A stretch of 64,000 bases of DNA from the NCBI GenBank assembly GCA_035343375.1, contig DAOQYW010000011.1, positions 1,178 through 65,177 of the forward strand, in the 5' to 3' direction. This document shows positions 1 through 8,150 of this stretch, piece after piece. The translations under genes were made by a program, and so were the position numbers. The stretch is from Bacteroidales bacterium (GTDB taxonomy: Bacteria > Bacteroidota > Bacteroidia > Bacteroidales > ML635J-15). Under the pieces are notes generated by a model. That model saw nothing but the letters and a program-made list of their open reading frames with translations. It made no database searches and was not told the DNA's origin. The number at the start of each line of letters is the position of its first letter. Position 1 is the first letter of the stretch.

Positions 1-859
1 TTACTCTGTTTTTGAATTCCTTTTCATCTTTTACAGCATTTTCGCCAAAACAGTTATTATAGAATTCCTGATTCATTTCTGCCTCTTTAAATTCTTTAAC
101 TTCTTTAACTGTCATCCTAAACATTGAGTCAAGTTTTTCGGCTTCTTCTTTTTTAATCTTTAAAATCGAAGAAATTTCTGTATCATTTGGTAATGCTTTT
201 TTCAAATCAATGTCAACAACATCATTTTTGGTCAACCCGATAAGTGATTTTTTAATCTTTTTATCACTAATAACTTTTATTGATATTGTAGTTTCGTCTG
301 TACTTATTCCGTTTTCAACAATTTCGCCATCTTTAGTAATCTCTATTAAACTAACACTTAACATTGAAGTTTCTTCAGATTTTTCGATTTCTTCAAATTT
401 ACCAAATCTTTGTTTGTACCCATTAACGTATTTGTTGATCATTTCATCATCTACCTTAATGGAATATCTGTTAAATTTGTCTTTCTTTGTTAGCTTAACT
501 TCGAATTCAGGTGCTAAAGCAATGTCAAAAATAAAACTGTAACTTTCTTGTTTTCCCCAGTCAATTTGTTCTTGAGTCTCACTTGGTAATGGATCTCCTA
601 AAATATTCAGTTTCTCATTAACCATATAATCAGACAATGACTTAGAAACAGTTTTATTCAATTCCTCAGCAATAATGGCATTACCATACATTTTTTTAAT
701 TAAGCCTGAAGGCACATTACCTGGTCTGAATCCCGGAATAACAGCTTTGCGACGATAATCTTTTAATGTTTTCTCAACACTTTCTTCAATATCCGAATTT
801 TTAACATTAACAGTAAGAGTTGCGTTTAACTCGTCAATTTGATTTTTAACAACTTCCAT
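1..859 (-). CDS. tig: Trigger factor, N-terminal about 286 aa; the 3' end runs off the left window edge
   Basis: Not in the ORF track because no stop lies in the window. My manual minus-strand translation from the ATG at 859-857 gives MEVVKNQIDELNATLTVNVKNSDIEESVEKTLKDYRRKAVIPGFRPGNVPSGLIKKMYG..., with the trigger-factor ribosome-binding signature IPGFRPGxVP. The frame stays open to base 1. Confidence 0.85.
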   Translation of the reverse strand, partial: MEVVKNQIDELNATLTVNVKNSDIEESVEKTLKDYRRKAVIPGFRPGNVPSGLIKKMYGNAIIAEELNKTVSKSLSDYMVNEKLNILGDPLPSETQEQIDWGKQESYSFIFDIALAPEFEVKLTKKDKFNRYSIKVDDEMINKYVNGYKQRFGKFEEIEKSEETSMLSVSLIEITKDGEIVENGISTDETTISIKVISDKKIKKSLIGLTKNDVVDIDLKKALPNDTEISSILKIKKEEAEKLDSMFRMTVKEVKEFKEAEMNQEFYNNCFGENAVKDEKEFKNRV

Positions 860-889
860 CAAACAATATTTTTAATAATTACTAAACTT

Positions 890-938
890 CAAAAGTTAAA
901 AGACCGCATTTATCCCCGATAAAGAAATTCCTGCGGTC
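890..938 (-). terminator. Candidate intrinsic terminator downstream of tRNA-Leu
   Basis: Minus-strand RNA reads GACCGCA-(8 nt)-TTTATC-GGG-GATAAA-TGCGGTC followed by TTTTAACTTTT. This is an interrupted 13-bp stem plus a T-rich tail, sitting between the tRNA and the tig start. Confidence 0.4.
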
Positions 939-942
939 GTTG

Positions 943-1024
943 TGCGGGTGAAGGGACTCGAACCCCCATGCCTCGCGGCACCAGATCCTAAGTCTGGCGC
1001 GTCTACCAATTTCGCCACACCCGC
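943..1024 (-). tRNA. tRNA-Leu (anticodon UAG), class II with long variable arm
   Basis: Reverse complement is GCGGGTGTGGCGAAATTGGTAGACGCGCCAGACTTAGGATCTGGTGCCGCGAGGCATGGGGGTTCGAGTCCCTTCACCCGCA. It has acceptor stem GCGGGTG/CACCCGC, anticodon stem CCAGA/TCTGG with loop CTTAGGA, T-arm GGGGG-TTCGAGT-CCCTT, and no encoded CCA. Confidence 0.9.
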
Positions 1025-1148
1025 AAAATTGAGGTGCAAAGATACTTATCTTTTTTTAATTATAAAGCCTTTTTGTATTTTTTTACAAATTCTCGCATTC
1101 ACCCGCATAAATCAATTGTTTGACACGATAAATACTTAATTCAAAACC

Positions 1149-3512
1149 TTACAAATTATTACCAATTTTTATTCCCGCATATATTGTTCTGGGTTGAGAT
1201 GGACCATAAATATAAGCAGGATCTCGGTCAGCTCCTATATCAAAGTCGTTTTGATAGCTGTTAAATATATTCTTTATACCTCCGAACAATTGCAGTTTTG
1301 CACCGTTGAGTTTTATTGAGTATTTAATTTTTATTCCAAGGTCAAAGAAAGGATTTGAAACTCTTAACTCTCCAACTTCAGGATTTACCAAATCGCTTCC
1401 AAAATAAGGAACCAACATTTTCCCTGTATATGAACCTGTTGTGGATGCAGCAAATCTTTTACCCGGATTAAAGTCTATTGTTAGAAATCCATATGCGTTA
1501 GGAGTTCGCAAAAAGCTTATTTCGTTAAATTCCTGTACCTCTTCATATAAACTTTGCTGAATTGTCATTCCCGATCTGAAAATAAATTTTTCGGAAGGAA
1601 ATACATTTAATTCAAAATTTACACCTTTTACAGTTGCCCCTGAACTCGAATTCACCCTAGTGTAAATAACAACTCCATTTTCATCAGGCACTCCAAATTC
1701 ATTGACAAACGGATTTTTTAAAATAGTATAAAACCCCTCTGTTAAAAAACTAATATTTATTTTACTTATAGACTTTTTAAAATCCATCGATGCAGAAAAG
1801 CTATGACTTGTTTCCTGAACAAGATTTTCATCATTTCTATGAATTACCTGTCTCAATCCTGAAGTCTCAATATGCAAATCTTCATCAAAAATCTGCGGTG
1901 CACGAAAACCTTGAGAATAACCAACTCTGCTTTGCAAATAATCTGAAATATCGTATAAAATATTTACTCGAGGACTAAAGACATTTCCTGTTTTACTATT
2001 ATTAATGTCCTTGATATTACTTACAAAATAATTATCAAAACGACCACCTACACTTAGTTTTAAACTTTTTAATTTGTAATCATATTGAGCAAAAGCCCCA
2101 AAGGTACTCATATATTGATTTGCAATAATTGTATTTTGAGTTAGAGGTATATTTACAATCTGATTGTTTTCTATTACTGCATTATCAATATCGGGATATC
2201 CTAATTTTGTATCTCTTAAATATGAGGCATTGTTTTCTACTCCTGCAACAAGTAACGATAAATCATTTCGAAGAGTATATTGTATTCCAGTCGAATATGA
2301 AAAATCGCGTGTTTTTCCGTAATCTGTTAAAGAATACCCAGCACCATAATATGAATCACGATTTATATGCTGAGCTGATGCGTAAATTGCTATTTGATCA
2401 TTATCCCGAACAAATAAATCAAAATTTATGGCAGCAGTATTTATATCATGTTCAACACCTTCTGTTATGTCAGTCATGTGAGGCAAATATTGAAAACGAT
2501 TTCCACCCCTTCGGTCTTCATTAATAGTAAAGTAATCCAGTGTAATTTTACTTTTTTGCCCAAATCTGTGAAAAATTCTCGTTCCAACAGTAGTGTTTTT
2601 TGATTTAGACAATTCTGAAAATCCATCATTATTGGCATCATAAGGATTTTTTTGTCGGTGAAAACCATATAATGACATTCCTGTTTTTGAATCAGATGAC
2701 ACAACAGAGGTATTCATATTTACAGAAATATCAGGACTAGTTTTGTTATCTTCGAATGACCACATGCCTGGCAAATTTACATTTGTTCCAAATTCATATA
2801 CATTAGTAATCGGATCTTTTAAAATAATATTTATTGTGCCTGCTATCGCATTGCTGCCATACAAAGCCGAGCCACCGCCTCTGACAATTTCAACCCTGTC
2901 AATCATATTTGCAGGTAATAACTCCAATCCATAAACACCCGCAAGCCCACTAAAAATAGCACGGGAATTTATTAATACCTGAGAATAAGGCCCTTCCATA
3001 CCATTCATTCTCAATTGATTAAATCCACAATTTTGACAATTATTTTCCACCCTTAATCCTGAACAGAAATTCAATCCTTCACTTACCGTTACTGAATTAT
3101 TAACCTCTAATTGCTTTGGACTTAACACGTTTACAATCACTGCAGACTCCTTACGATTTCTTTCGCTCCTATCTCCCGTGATAACAATTTCATTCAATCC
3201 TAAAACATCCTTTTCAAGTTCGAACTTTATTTCAATTGTTTTCCCAGGAATTATAACAATCTCCTTTTCAGATGATTTATATCCTAATGCCATTGCAACA
3301 ATTGTATATTTCCCTTCGGGCATATTTATAAGTGAGAAATGTCCGGTCTCATCCGTTGCTGTACCAATGGTCGTATTTTTTACAATTACATTTGCAAAAG
3401 GGATATGTTCTTCACTACAAGTAACATGACCTATTATATGAGAATCTGTTTGCTTTTGTGCGTTTACTTGTATTGTAATAATTACAAATAATGCGATTAA
3501 TATTTTTTTCAC
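1149..3512 (-). CDS. TonB-dependent outer-membrane receptor with N-terminal carboxypeptidase-regulatory-like domain
   Basis: 787 aa. Signal peptide MKKILIALFVIITIQVNAQ. CarbopepD_reg-like segment GHVTCSEEHIPFANVIVKNTTIGTATDETGHFSL...GKYTIVAMALGY. Plug segment with VIVNVLSPKQLE...NCQNCGFNQLRMNGMEGPYSQVLINSRAIF...VEIVRGGGSALYGSNAIAGTINII. Long beta-barrel. The start codon appears to be GTG. Confidence 0.9.
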   Translation of the reverse strand: MKKILIALFVIITIQVNAQKQTDSHIIGHVTCSEEHIPFANVIVKNTTIGTATDETGHFSLINMPEGKYTIVAMALGYKSSEKEIVIIPGKTIEIKFELEKDVLGLNEIVITGDRSERNRKESAVIVNVLSPKQLEVNNSVTVSEGLNFCSGLRVENNCQNCGFNQLRMNGMEGPYSQVLINSRAIFSGLAGVYGLELLPANMIDRVEIVRGGGSALYGSNAIAGTINIILKDPITNVYEFGTNVNLPGMWSFEDNKTSPDISVNMNTSVVSSDSKTGMSLYGFHRQKNPYDANNDGFSELSKSKNTTVGTRIFHRFGQKSKITLDYFTINEDRRGGNRFQYLPHMTDITEGVEHDINTAAINFDLFVRDNDQIAIYASAQHINRDSYYGAGYSLTDYGKTRDFSYSTGIQYTLRNDLSLLVAGVENNASYLRDTKLGYPDIDNAVIENNQIVNIPLTQNTIIANQYMSTFGAFAQYDYKLKSLKLSVGGRFDNYFVSNIKDINNSKTGNVFSPRVNILYDISDYLQSRVGYSQGFRAPQIFDEDLHIETSGLRQVIHRNDENLVQETSHSFSASMDFKKSISKINISFLTEGFYTILKNPFVNEFGVPDENGVVIYTRVNSSSGATVKGVNFELNVFPSEKFIFRSGMTIQQSLYEEVQEFNEISFLRTPNAYGFLTIDFNPGKRFAASTTGSYTGKMLVPYFGSDLVNPEVGELRVSNPFFDLGIKIKYSIKLNGAKLQLFGGIKNIFNSYQNDFDIGADRDPAYIYGPSQPRTIYAGIKIGNNL

Positions 3513-3556
3513 TTGCTTTTTCTTTTTTAATTTTCTAATCGTTTATTTCCTTTATG

Positions 3557-3934
3557 TTATTTATAAGAAAAAACAAGAGGGGGCGGACGATTAAATAAAT
3601 CAAAAATGTTAGTGGTTGAAAGTATGGAAGCAAAAAATAAAACCTTCTTGGATATAATATAATTTATAATAAAATCTAATAAAAATACAATAATTACAAG
3701 AAATATTGTGCTATTCAAAATGTTGTATATCTGAATTTCATTTTTATTATGGCTATGATTTCCTGAAGTTTCTTGTGACTCAGCTTTTGGGAAAAAAGGA
3801 TGAGCATGTGTTATTATTTCACCGTTTGACAAAGTATGGACATGAACAAAAAGACTGTTATTAAGTATCAACAAACTTATTAATAGAAATAATACTCCAC
3901 CAAAAATATCTCTTATATTTGACCTTTTTTTCAC
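3557..3934 (-). CDS. Small two-TM membrane protein with a histidine cluster (possible metal-binding partner of the adjacent receptor)
   Basis: 125 aa, GTG start, 44 nt upstream of the receptor gene on the same strand. It has an N-terminal TM (GGVLFLLISLLIL), then HVHTLSNGEIITHAHPFFPKAESQETSGNHSHNKNE, a second TM, and a C-terminal RPPP motif. Function is not established. Confidence 0.5.
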   Translation of the reverse strand: MKKRSNIRDIFGGVLFLLISLLILNNSLFVHVHTLSNGEIITHAHPFFPKAESQETSGNHSHNKNEIQIYNILNSTIFLVIIVFLLDFIINYIISKKVLFFASILSTTNIFDLFNRPPPLVFSYK

Positions 3935-4073
3935 AACCCAAAATTATAAAAGAATTATTACAATTTATAATATTTCTAAATAATAAATTAAATTTATACG
4001 TATTTATTACTGTTTTCTACAAGGAAAATAATCTATTATAAATTAATTAGATTGTATAGAAATACAGTTCTAT

Positions 4074-4640
4074 CTATTTCCCTTCAATCCAATTAATTAT
4101 TTCAATATCTAAAGGATCTGTTTTAGTATTAATTACTTTAACTAAATAACCATTTTCGTCAATAAGATATTTCTGAAAATTCCAGGACACCGTAGATGAC
4201 TGCACCCCATTAGATTTACCATCAGTAAGGAACTTATAAATTGGAGCTTTTTTCTTACCTGTTACTTTCACTTTCGACATCATAGGAAAGCTTACGCCAT
4301 AATTAATCGTACAAAACTCAAGGATTTCCTTATCAGTTCCCGGATCCTGATTTAAAAAATCGTTTGAAGGAAAACCAATAATAACAAAATTGCTGTCTTT
4401 ATATTTTTCATACAACTCTTGTAATCCCTCGAATTGTTTTGTGAAACCACATCTTGATGCAGTGTTTACTATCATTATTTTTTTACCCGCCAATGTAGAA
4501 AAATCAAAAGAATTTCCATTTATATCATTAACTTTAAACTTATGTATTGACTTGTGTTTTTGTTCTTTTTCGCTTTTCTGCTGACTGAACGAAAAAAAAG
4601 GAAAGATTCCTAACAAAACTACTAATGCTATATTTTTCAT
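4074..4640 (-). CDS. Glutathione peroxidase family protein (Cys-type), secreted
   Basis: 188 aa. Signal peptide, then the GPx motifs NTASRCGFT, FPSNDF..QDPG, and WNFQKYLID. Confidence 0.9.
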   Translation of the reverse strand: MKNIALVVLLGIFPFFSFSQQKSEKEQKHKSIHKFKVNDINGNSFDFSTLAGKKIMIVNTASRCGFTKQFEGLQELYEKYKDSNFVIIGFPSNDFLNQDPGTDKEILEFCTINYGVSFPMMSKVKVTGKKKAPIYKFLTDGKSNGVQSSTVSWNFQKYLIDENGYLVKVINTKTDPLDIEIINWIEGK

Positions 4641-4745
4641 ATTAAAAAATTTATATTTTTCAATTAACCGACAAATTTGAGTATTGTTTAAATAATAAAT
4701 GCTTGGAAATAGATTACAACTAATTTATTAAATTAAAATCTTGAA

Positions 4746-6014
4746 TTACTCTTTATTTAATAATATTGAAATTGTAGTGCCTTTATTTAACTCACTGATT
4801 ACACTTATTGTTCCCGACTGTTTTGCAATCATCTCTTTACAAATCAACAAGCCCAATCCTGTTCCTTGCTCTTTTTCCGTACCTATATTTGACCAAATCT
4901 TATTTTCGTTAAACAAGTTTTTGTAACTTCCTTCATCCATACCAACACCCGAATCAGCAACAGAAATTAAAACAAAGTCATTTTGTTCAGAAATACAAAT
5001 TTCAACAACTGATTTTCTATGCGAAAACTTAATTGCATTCATAATAATATTTCTCAATGCAATTTGTGTCATTATAATATCACAACTAATTGTCAGTTGA
5101 TGTGATTCCTTAACAATCAATTCAATATCCTTTGGTTCTGCACTGATAGTACAAAAGTCAACAACATGTTTAACCACATCATTGATAACACACTTTTCTT
5201 TTTTTACGATAAAACCTTCAGATTGTGTCTGTGACCATTCTAAAAGAGTCTGTGTCAATTCATATATTTTTTTTGACGCAGAGTTAATTATAACGGAAGT
5301 GTTTTTAATTTTATTAATGTCCCCTGATTCCAGATATTTCATTTGCAAATCACTGCTGCCCAAAAGTGAGCTGAATGGACTGCGTATATCATGAGATACT
5401 AATCTCAACAATTTATCTTTTGTCTCGTTTGACTGTTTTAACAAATCATAAAAATGCAACATATCATTCTTGAAATATGAGGATATTACGTATATTATTA
5501 AAAAGGTAATACCATATATTAAATGCAAAGGTTGGATTTCGATATATCCTTCTAATTGATACATCGTAACAAACTTAATAATAAAAAATGCTATCGGGAA
5601 AATAATAAACATTACCTGCTTTCTCCACCCATCAAATAAAAAAATAGCCATTACAGATATAGTCAATAAAATATGCTCTGTTTGCCTGTAAACATCGTAC
5701 TCAAGTATTGTAACAATCGTAGTATAAACAAAAAAGGCAGAAGTAATCATTAAAATATTTAGTTTATAATGATGCTTATACTGCAAATAAACAGATGGTG
5801 CAGAAACGATAAACAACATTATAATATCACTGATTGCCAAAACATAATTTCCAATTACAAAATTGATAATCATAAAAATCAACAATATTGCTGTAACGGA
5901 AAAAACAATTACATTTAAAAGCTTTACTTTTCTAAGTTCGAGATATGGCAAATTTTGGTCAACCCCAAAGTTTACCAATTTTTTTAAAAATTTCGTGATA
6001 AAAGAAAAAATCAT
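4746..6014 (-). CDS. Sensor histidine kinase, polytopic (about 6 TM) N-terminus, no receiver domain
   Basis: 422 aa. Hydrophobic N-terminal about 190 aa. HisKA H-box LVSHDIRSPFSSL. HATPase_c motifs NIIMNAIKFS, DSGVGM and GTGLGLLICKE. Confidence 0.85.
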   Translation of the reverse strand: MIFSFITKFLKKLVNFGVDQNLPYLELRKVKLLNVIVFSVTAILLIFMIINFVIGNYVLAISDIIMLFIVSAPSVYLQYKHHYKLNILMITSAFFVYTTIVTILEYDVYRQTEHILLTISVMAIFLFDGWRKQVMFIIFPIAFFIIKFVTMYQLEGYIEIQPLHLIYGITFLIIYVISSYFKNDMLHFYDLLKQSNETKDKLLRLVSHDIRSPFSSLLGSSDLQMKYLESGDINKIKNTSVIINSASKKIYELTQTLLEWSQTQSEGFIVKKEKCVINDVVKHVVDFCTISAEPKDIELIVKESHQLTISCDIIMTQIALRNIIMNAIKFSHRKSVVEICISEQNDFVLISVADSGVGMDEGSYKNLFNENKIWSNIGTEKEQGTGLGLLICKEMIAKQSGTISVISELNKGTTISILLNKE

Positions 6015-6056
6015 AAATACTTAACCCAACAACCCTTATTTATAAAAATATCATCA

Positions 6057-6064
6057 CAAATTTA
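6057..6064 (-). promoter_or_regulatory. Candidate Bacteroidota -7 box (TAAATTTG) upstream of the histidine kinase
   Basis: The minus strand reads TAAATTTG, an exact match to TAnnTTTG, 42 nt upstream of the ATG at 6014. No clean -33 TTTG is present. Confidence 0.3.
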
Positions 6065-6148
6065 TTAATAAAATTTTAAGTTGCAAGAGAATATTACAAT
6101 TTATCAATATAAAACTATAATTAACTAATATTATTCGCTAAAATTTTA

Positions 6149-6562
6149 CTACCAGATGATATTTCTTGTTAAATTTTCGGATTGTAAAATTTTTACTGAC
6201 ACAGAATCTATTGGCAATAATTCACCTAATTTTTCGGGCCATTCAATAAATATGAGTGCATTTTGTATAAGATATTCCTCAAATCCAATATCATAAATTT
6301 CAGACGTCTTTTCGATACGATAAAAATCGAAATGAAATATCACAGGATATTTTTTACAGATGTATTCGTTTACAATACTAAAGCTTGGGCTTGTTACATC
6401 CTGAACAACTCCAAGATTACTACAAATTTCTTTTATAAAGGTTGTTTTACCCGCACCCATATTTCCATAAAATGCAAATATTCTATCTTTTCCAATCGAC
6501 TTGCAAAATAATTCAGCAGCATTTGATAAATCGCCAAGAGAATTAACTATGATATTAGGCAT
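6149..6562 (-). CDS. tsaE: tRNA t6A37 threonylcarbamoyltransferase complex ATPase subunit TsaE
   Basis: 137 aa. Walker A GNMGAGKTTF, SPSFSIVNEY and HFDFYR motifs typical of TsaE/YjeE. The start lies 1 nt after the porX stop. Confidence 0.85.
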   Translation of the reverse strand: MPNIIVNSLGDLSNAAELFCKSIGKDRIFAFYGNMGAGKTTFIKEICSNLGVVQDVTSPSFSIVNEYICKKYPVIFHFDFYRIEKTSEIYDIGFEEYLIQNALIFIEWPEKLGELLPIDSVSVKILQSENLTRNIIW

Positions 6563-6563
6563 C

Positions 6564-8117
6564 TTACTTTGATTTTAATGTTATAGCCGGAATAATCATT
6601 TCCTGCATTGAAATTCCTCCATGCTGAAAAGTATCTTTATAATACTTTACATAATGATTAAAGTTGTTGGGATATGCAAAAAAATCGGTTCCATAGGCAA
6701 ATACGTATGTTGAACTAATATTTGTTTTTGGCAAAAAGGCTTCTTGCGGGTTTAGTATTTCGAAAACTTCTTTTTTATTATAATTAAGGTTTCTTCCTTG
6801 CTTGTATCTTAAATTTGTTGTTGTGGCTCTGTCTCCAACAATTTTAACAGGATTATTTACTTGGATACTACCATGATCTGTACTAATAAATAAATAAATA
6901 TCATTTTCAGAAAAGGCTTTCAACATGTCAAACAACGGAGAAAACTCAAACCACGATTTTGTTATCGCTCGATAGGCAGAAGTAGTGTTTGCCAATTCTC
7001 TCATCATTTTCTGGTCTGTTCTGGCGTGGGATAAGGCATCAACAAAATTAACCACAATAGAAACAAATTGATTATTTAAAATAGATTTTACATTATCTGT
7101 AATCTTTTTACAAAACTTTACATCAGTTATTTTTTCATAATACAATCCTGTTTTCACATTATATCTTGCCATGAATGACTTTAACATTTCTTCTTCATAT
7201 AAATTCTTCCCGCCTTCCTCATCATCATTTTTCCATAAATCCGGATACAATTTATTTATTTCTGAAGGCATTAAACCCGAAAAAATAGAATTCCTCGAAT
7301 ACTGCGTAGATGTAGGTAAAATAGAATAATACAATTCTTCTTCTGTAACTGTATAATATTGATTTAGGAGAGGTTCAAGACTTTTCCATTGATCATATCG
7401 TAAATTATCCATTAAAAGAAATACAACCTTTTTCCCATCTTTTAAAAGTGGAAATACTTTGTCCTTTAGTAAACCGGGTGAGAGTAAGGGTTTATCTGTA
7501 CTTTTTGGCTCAAACCATGAGGTATATTCACGTTTAATGAATTTAGAAAAACTAATATTGGCCTCATTCTGCTGCATAGTCAATACCTCATCCATTGTAT
7601 TATCTTTTGAGGCACCCAACTCTAATTCCCAATAAGTCAGTTTTCGGTATATCTCATACCAATCTTTATAACTCAAACTATCATTAATTTCCATTCCCAG
7701 CTTCATAAACTGAGATTGGTATGCAGAAGTTGTTTTTTGTGTTATCAATCTATCTTTATCAATATTTTTCTTTATTGCAAGTAAGATTTGATTAGGGTTA
7801 ACCGGTTTAATAAGATAATCATTTATTTTGGAACCTATCGCCTCGTCCATGATATTTTCCTCTTCGCTTTTAGTAATCATTATTACCGGTACGTGAGGAG
7901 AAATGTTTTTTATTTTGCTTAAAGTTTCTAAACCACTTAAACCAGGCATATTTTCGTCCAGAAAAATAATATCATAATCTTCTTTCCCAACTAGACTTAT
8001 TGCATCAGAACCATTTGTTGCAGTATCAACCAAATAGCCTTTTTGTTCAAGAAAAATAACATGAGGTTTAAGTAAGTCAATCTCATCATCTGTCCATAAT
8101 ATCTTTATCTTTTTCAC
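6564..8117 (-). CDS. porX: T9SS response regulator PorX (CheY-like receiver fused to PglZ/alkaline-phosphatase-fold domain)
   Basis: 517 aa. N-terminus KILWTDDEIDLLKPHVIFLEQKGY...IIFLDENMPGLSGLETL...VIMITKSEEENIMDEAIGSKINDYLIKPVNPNQ closely tracks PorX as I recall it. The C-terminal about 350 aa is PglZ-like. GTG start. Confidence 0.85.
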   Translation of the reverse strand: MKKIKILWTDDEIDLLKPHVIFLEQKGYLVDTATNGSDAISLVGKEDYDIIFLDENMPGLSGLETLSKIKNISPHVPVIMITKSEEENIMDEAIGSKINDYLIKPVNPNQILLAIKKNIDKDRLITQKTTSAYQSQFMKLGMEINDSLSYKDWYEIYRKLTYWELELGASKDNTMDEVLTMQQNEANISFSKFIKREYTSWFEPKSTDKPLLSPGLLKDKVFPLLKDGKKVVFLLMDNLRYDQWKSLEPLLNQYYTVTEEELYYSILPTSTQYSRNSIFSGLMPSEINKLYPDLWKNDDEEGGKNLYEEEMLKSFMARYNVKTGLYYEKITDVKFCKKITDNVKSILNNQFVSIVVNFVDALSHARTDQKMMRELANTTSAYRAITKSWFEFSPLFDMLKAFSENDIYLFISTDHGSIQVNNPVKIVGDRATTTNLRYKQGRNLNYNKKEVFEILNPQEAFLPKTNISSTYVFAYGTDFFAYPNNFNHYVKYYKDTFQHGGISMQEMIIPAITLKSK

Positions 8118-8150
8118 AGGCAGAAATATAAAATAGGTATAAATGATTTA

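Noticed and set aside
210-542. 110-aa plus-strand ORF in the track
   Set aside because: It lies entirely antisense to a well-supported trigger factor reading frame (1-859, minus). It is also low-complexity and hydrophobic, as expected for AT-rich antisense frames.
942-1139. 65-aa plus-strand ORF
   Set aside because: It overlaps the tRNA-Leu gene in antisense. The tRNA cloverleaf explains this sequence.
6564-8117. PglZ domain as a possible BREX or other phage-defence marker
   Set aside because: The PglZ fold here is fused to a CheY receiver, and the N-terminus matches PorX closely. No brx, pgl, methyltransferase or Lon-like defence genes are nearby.
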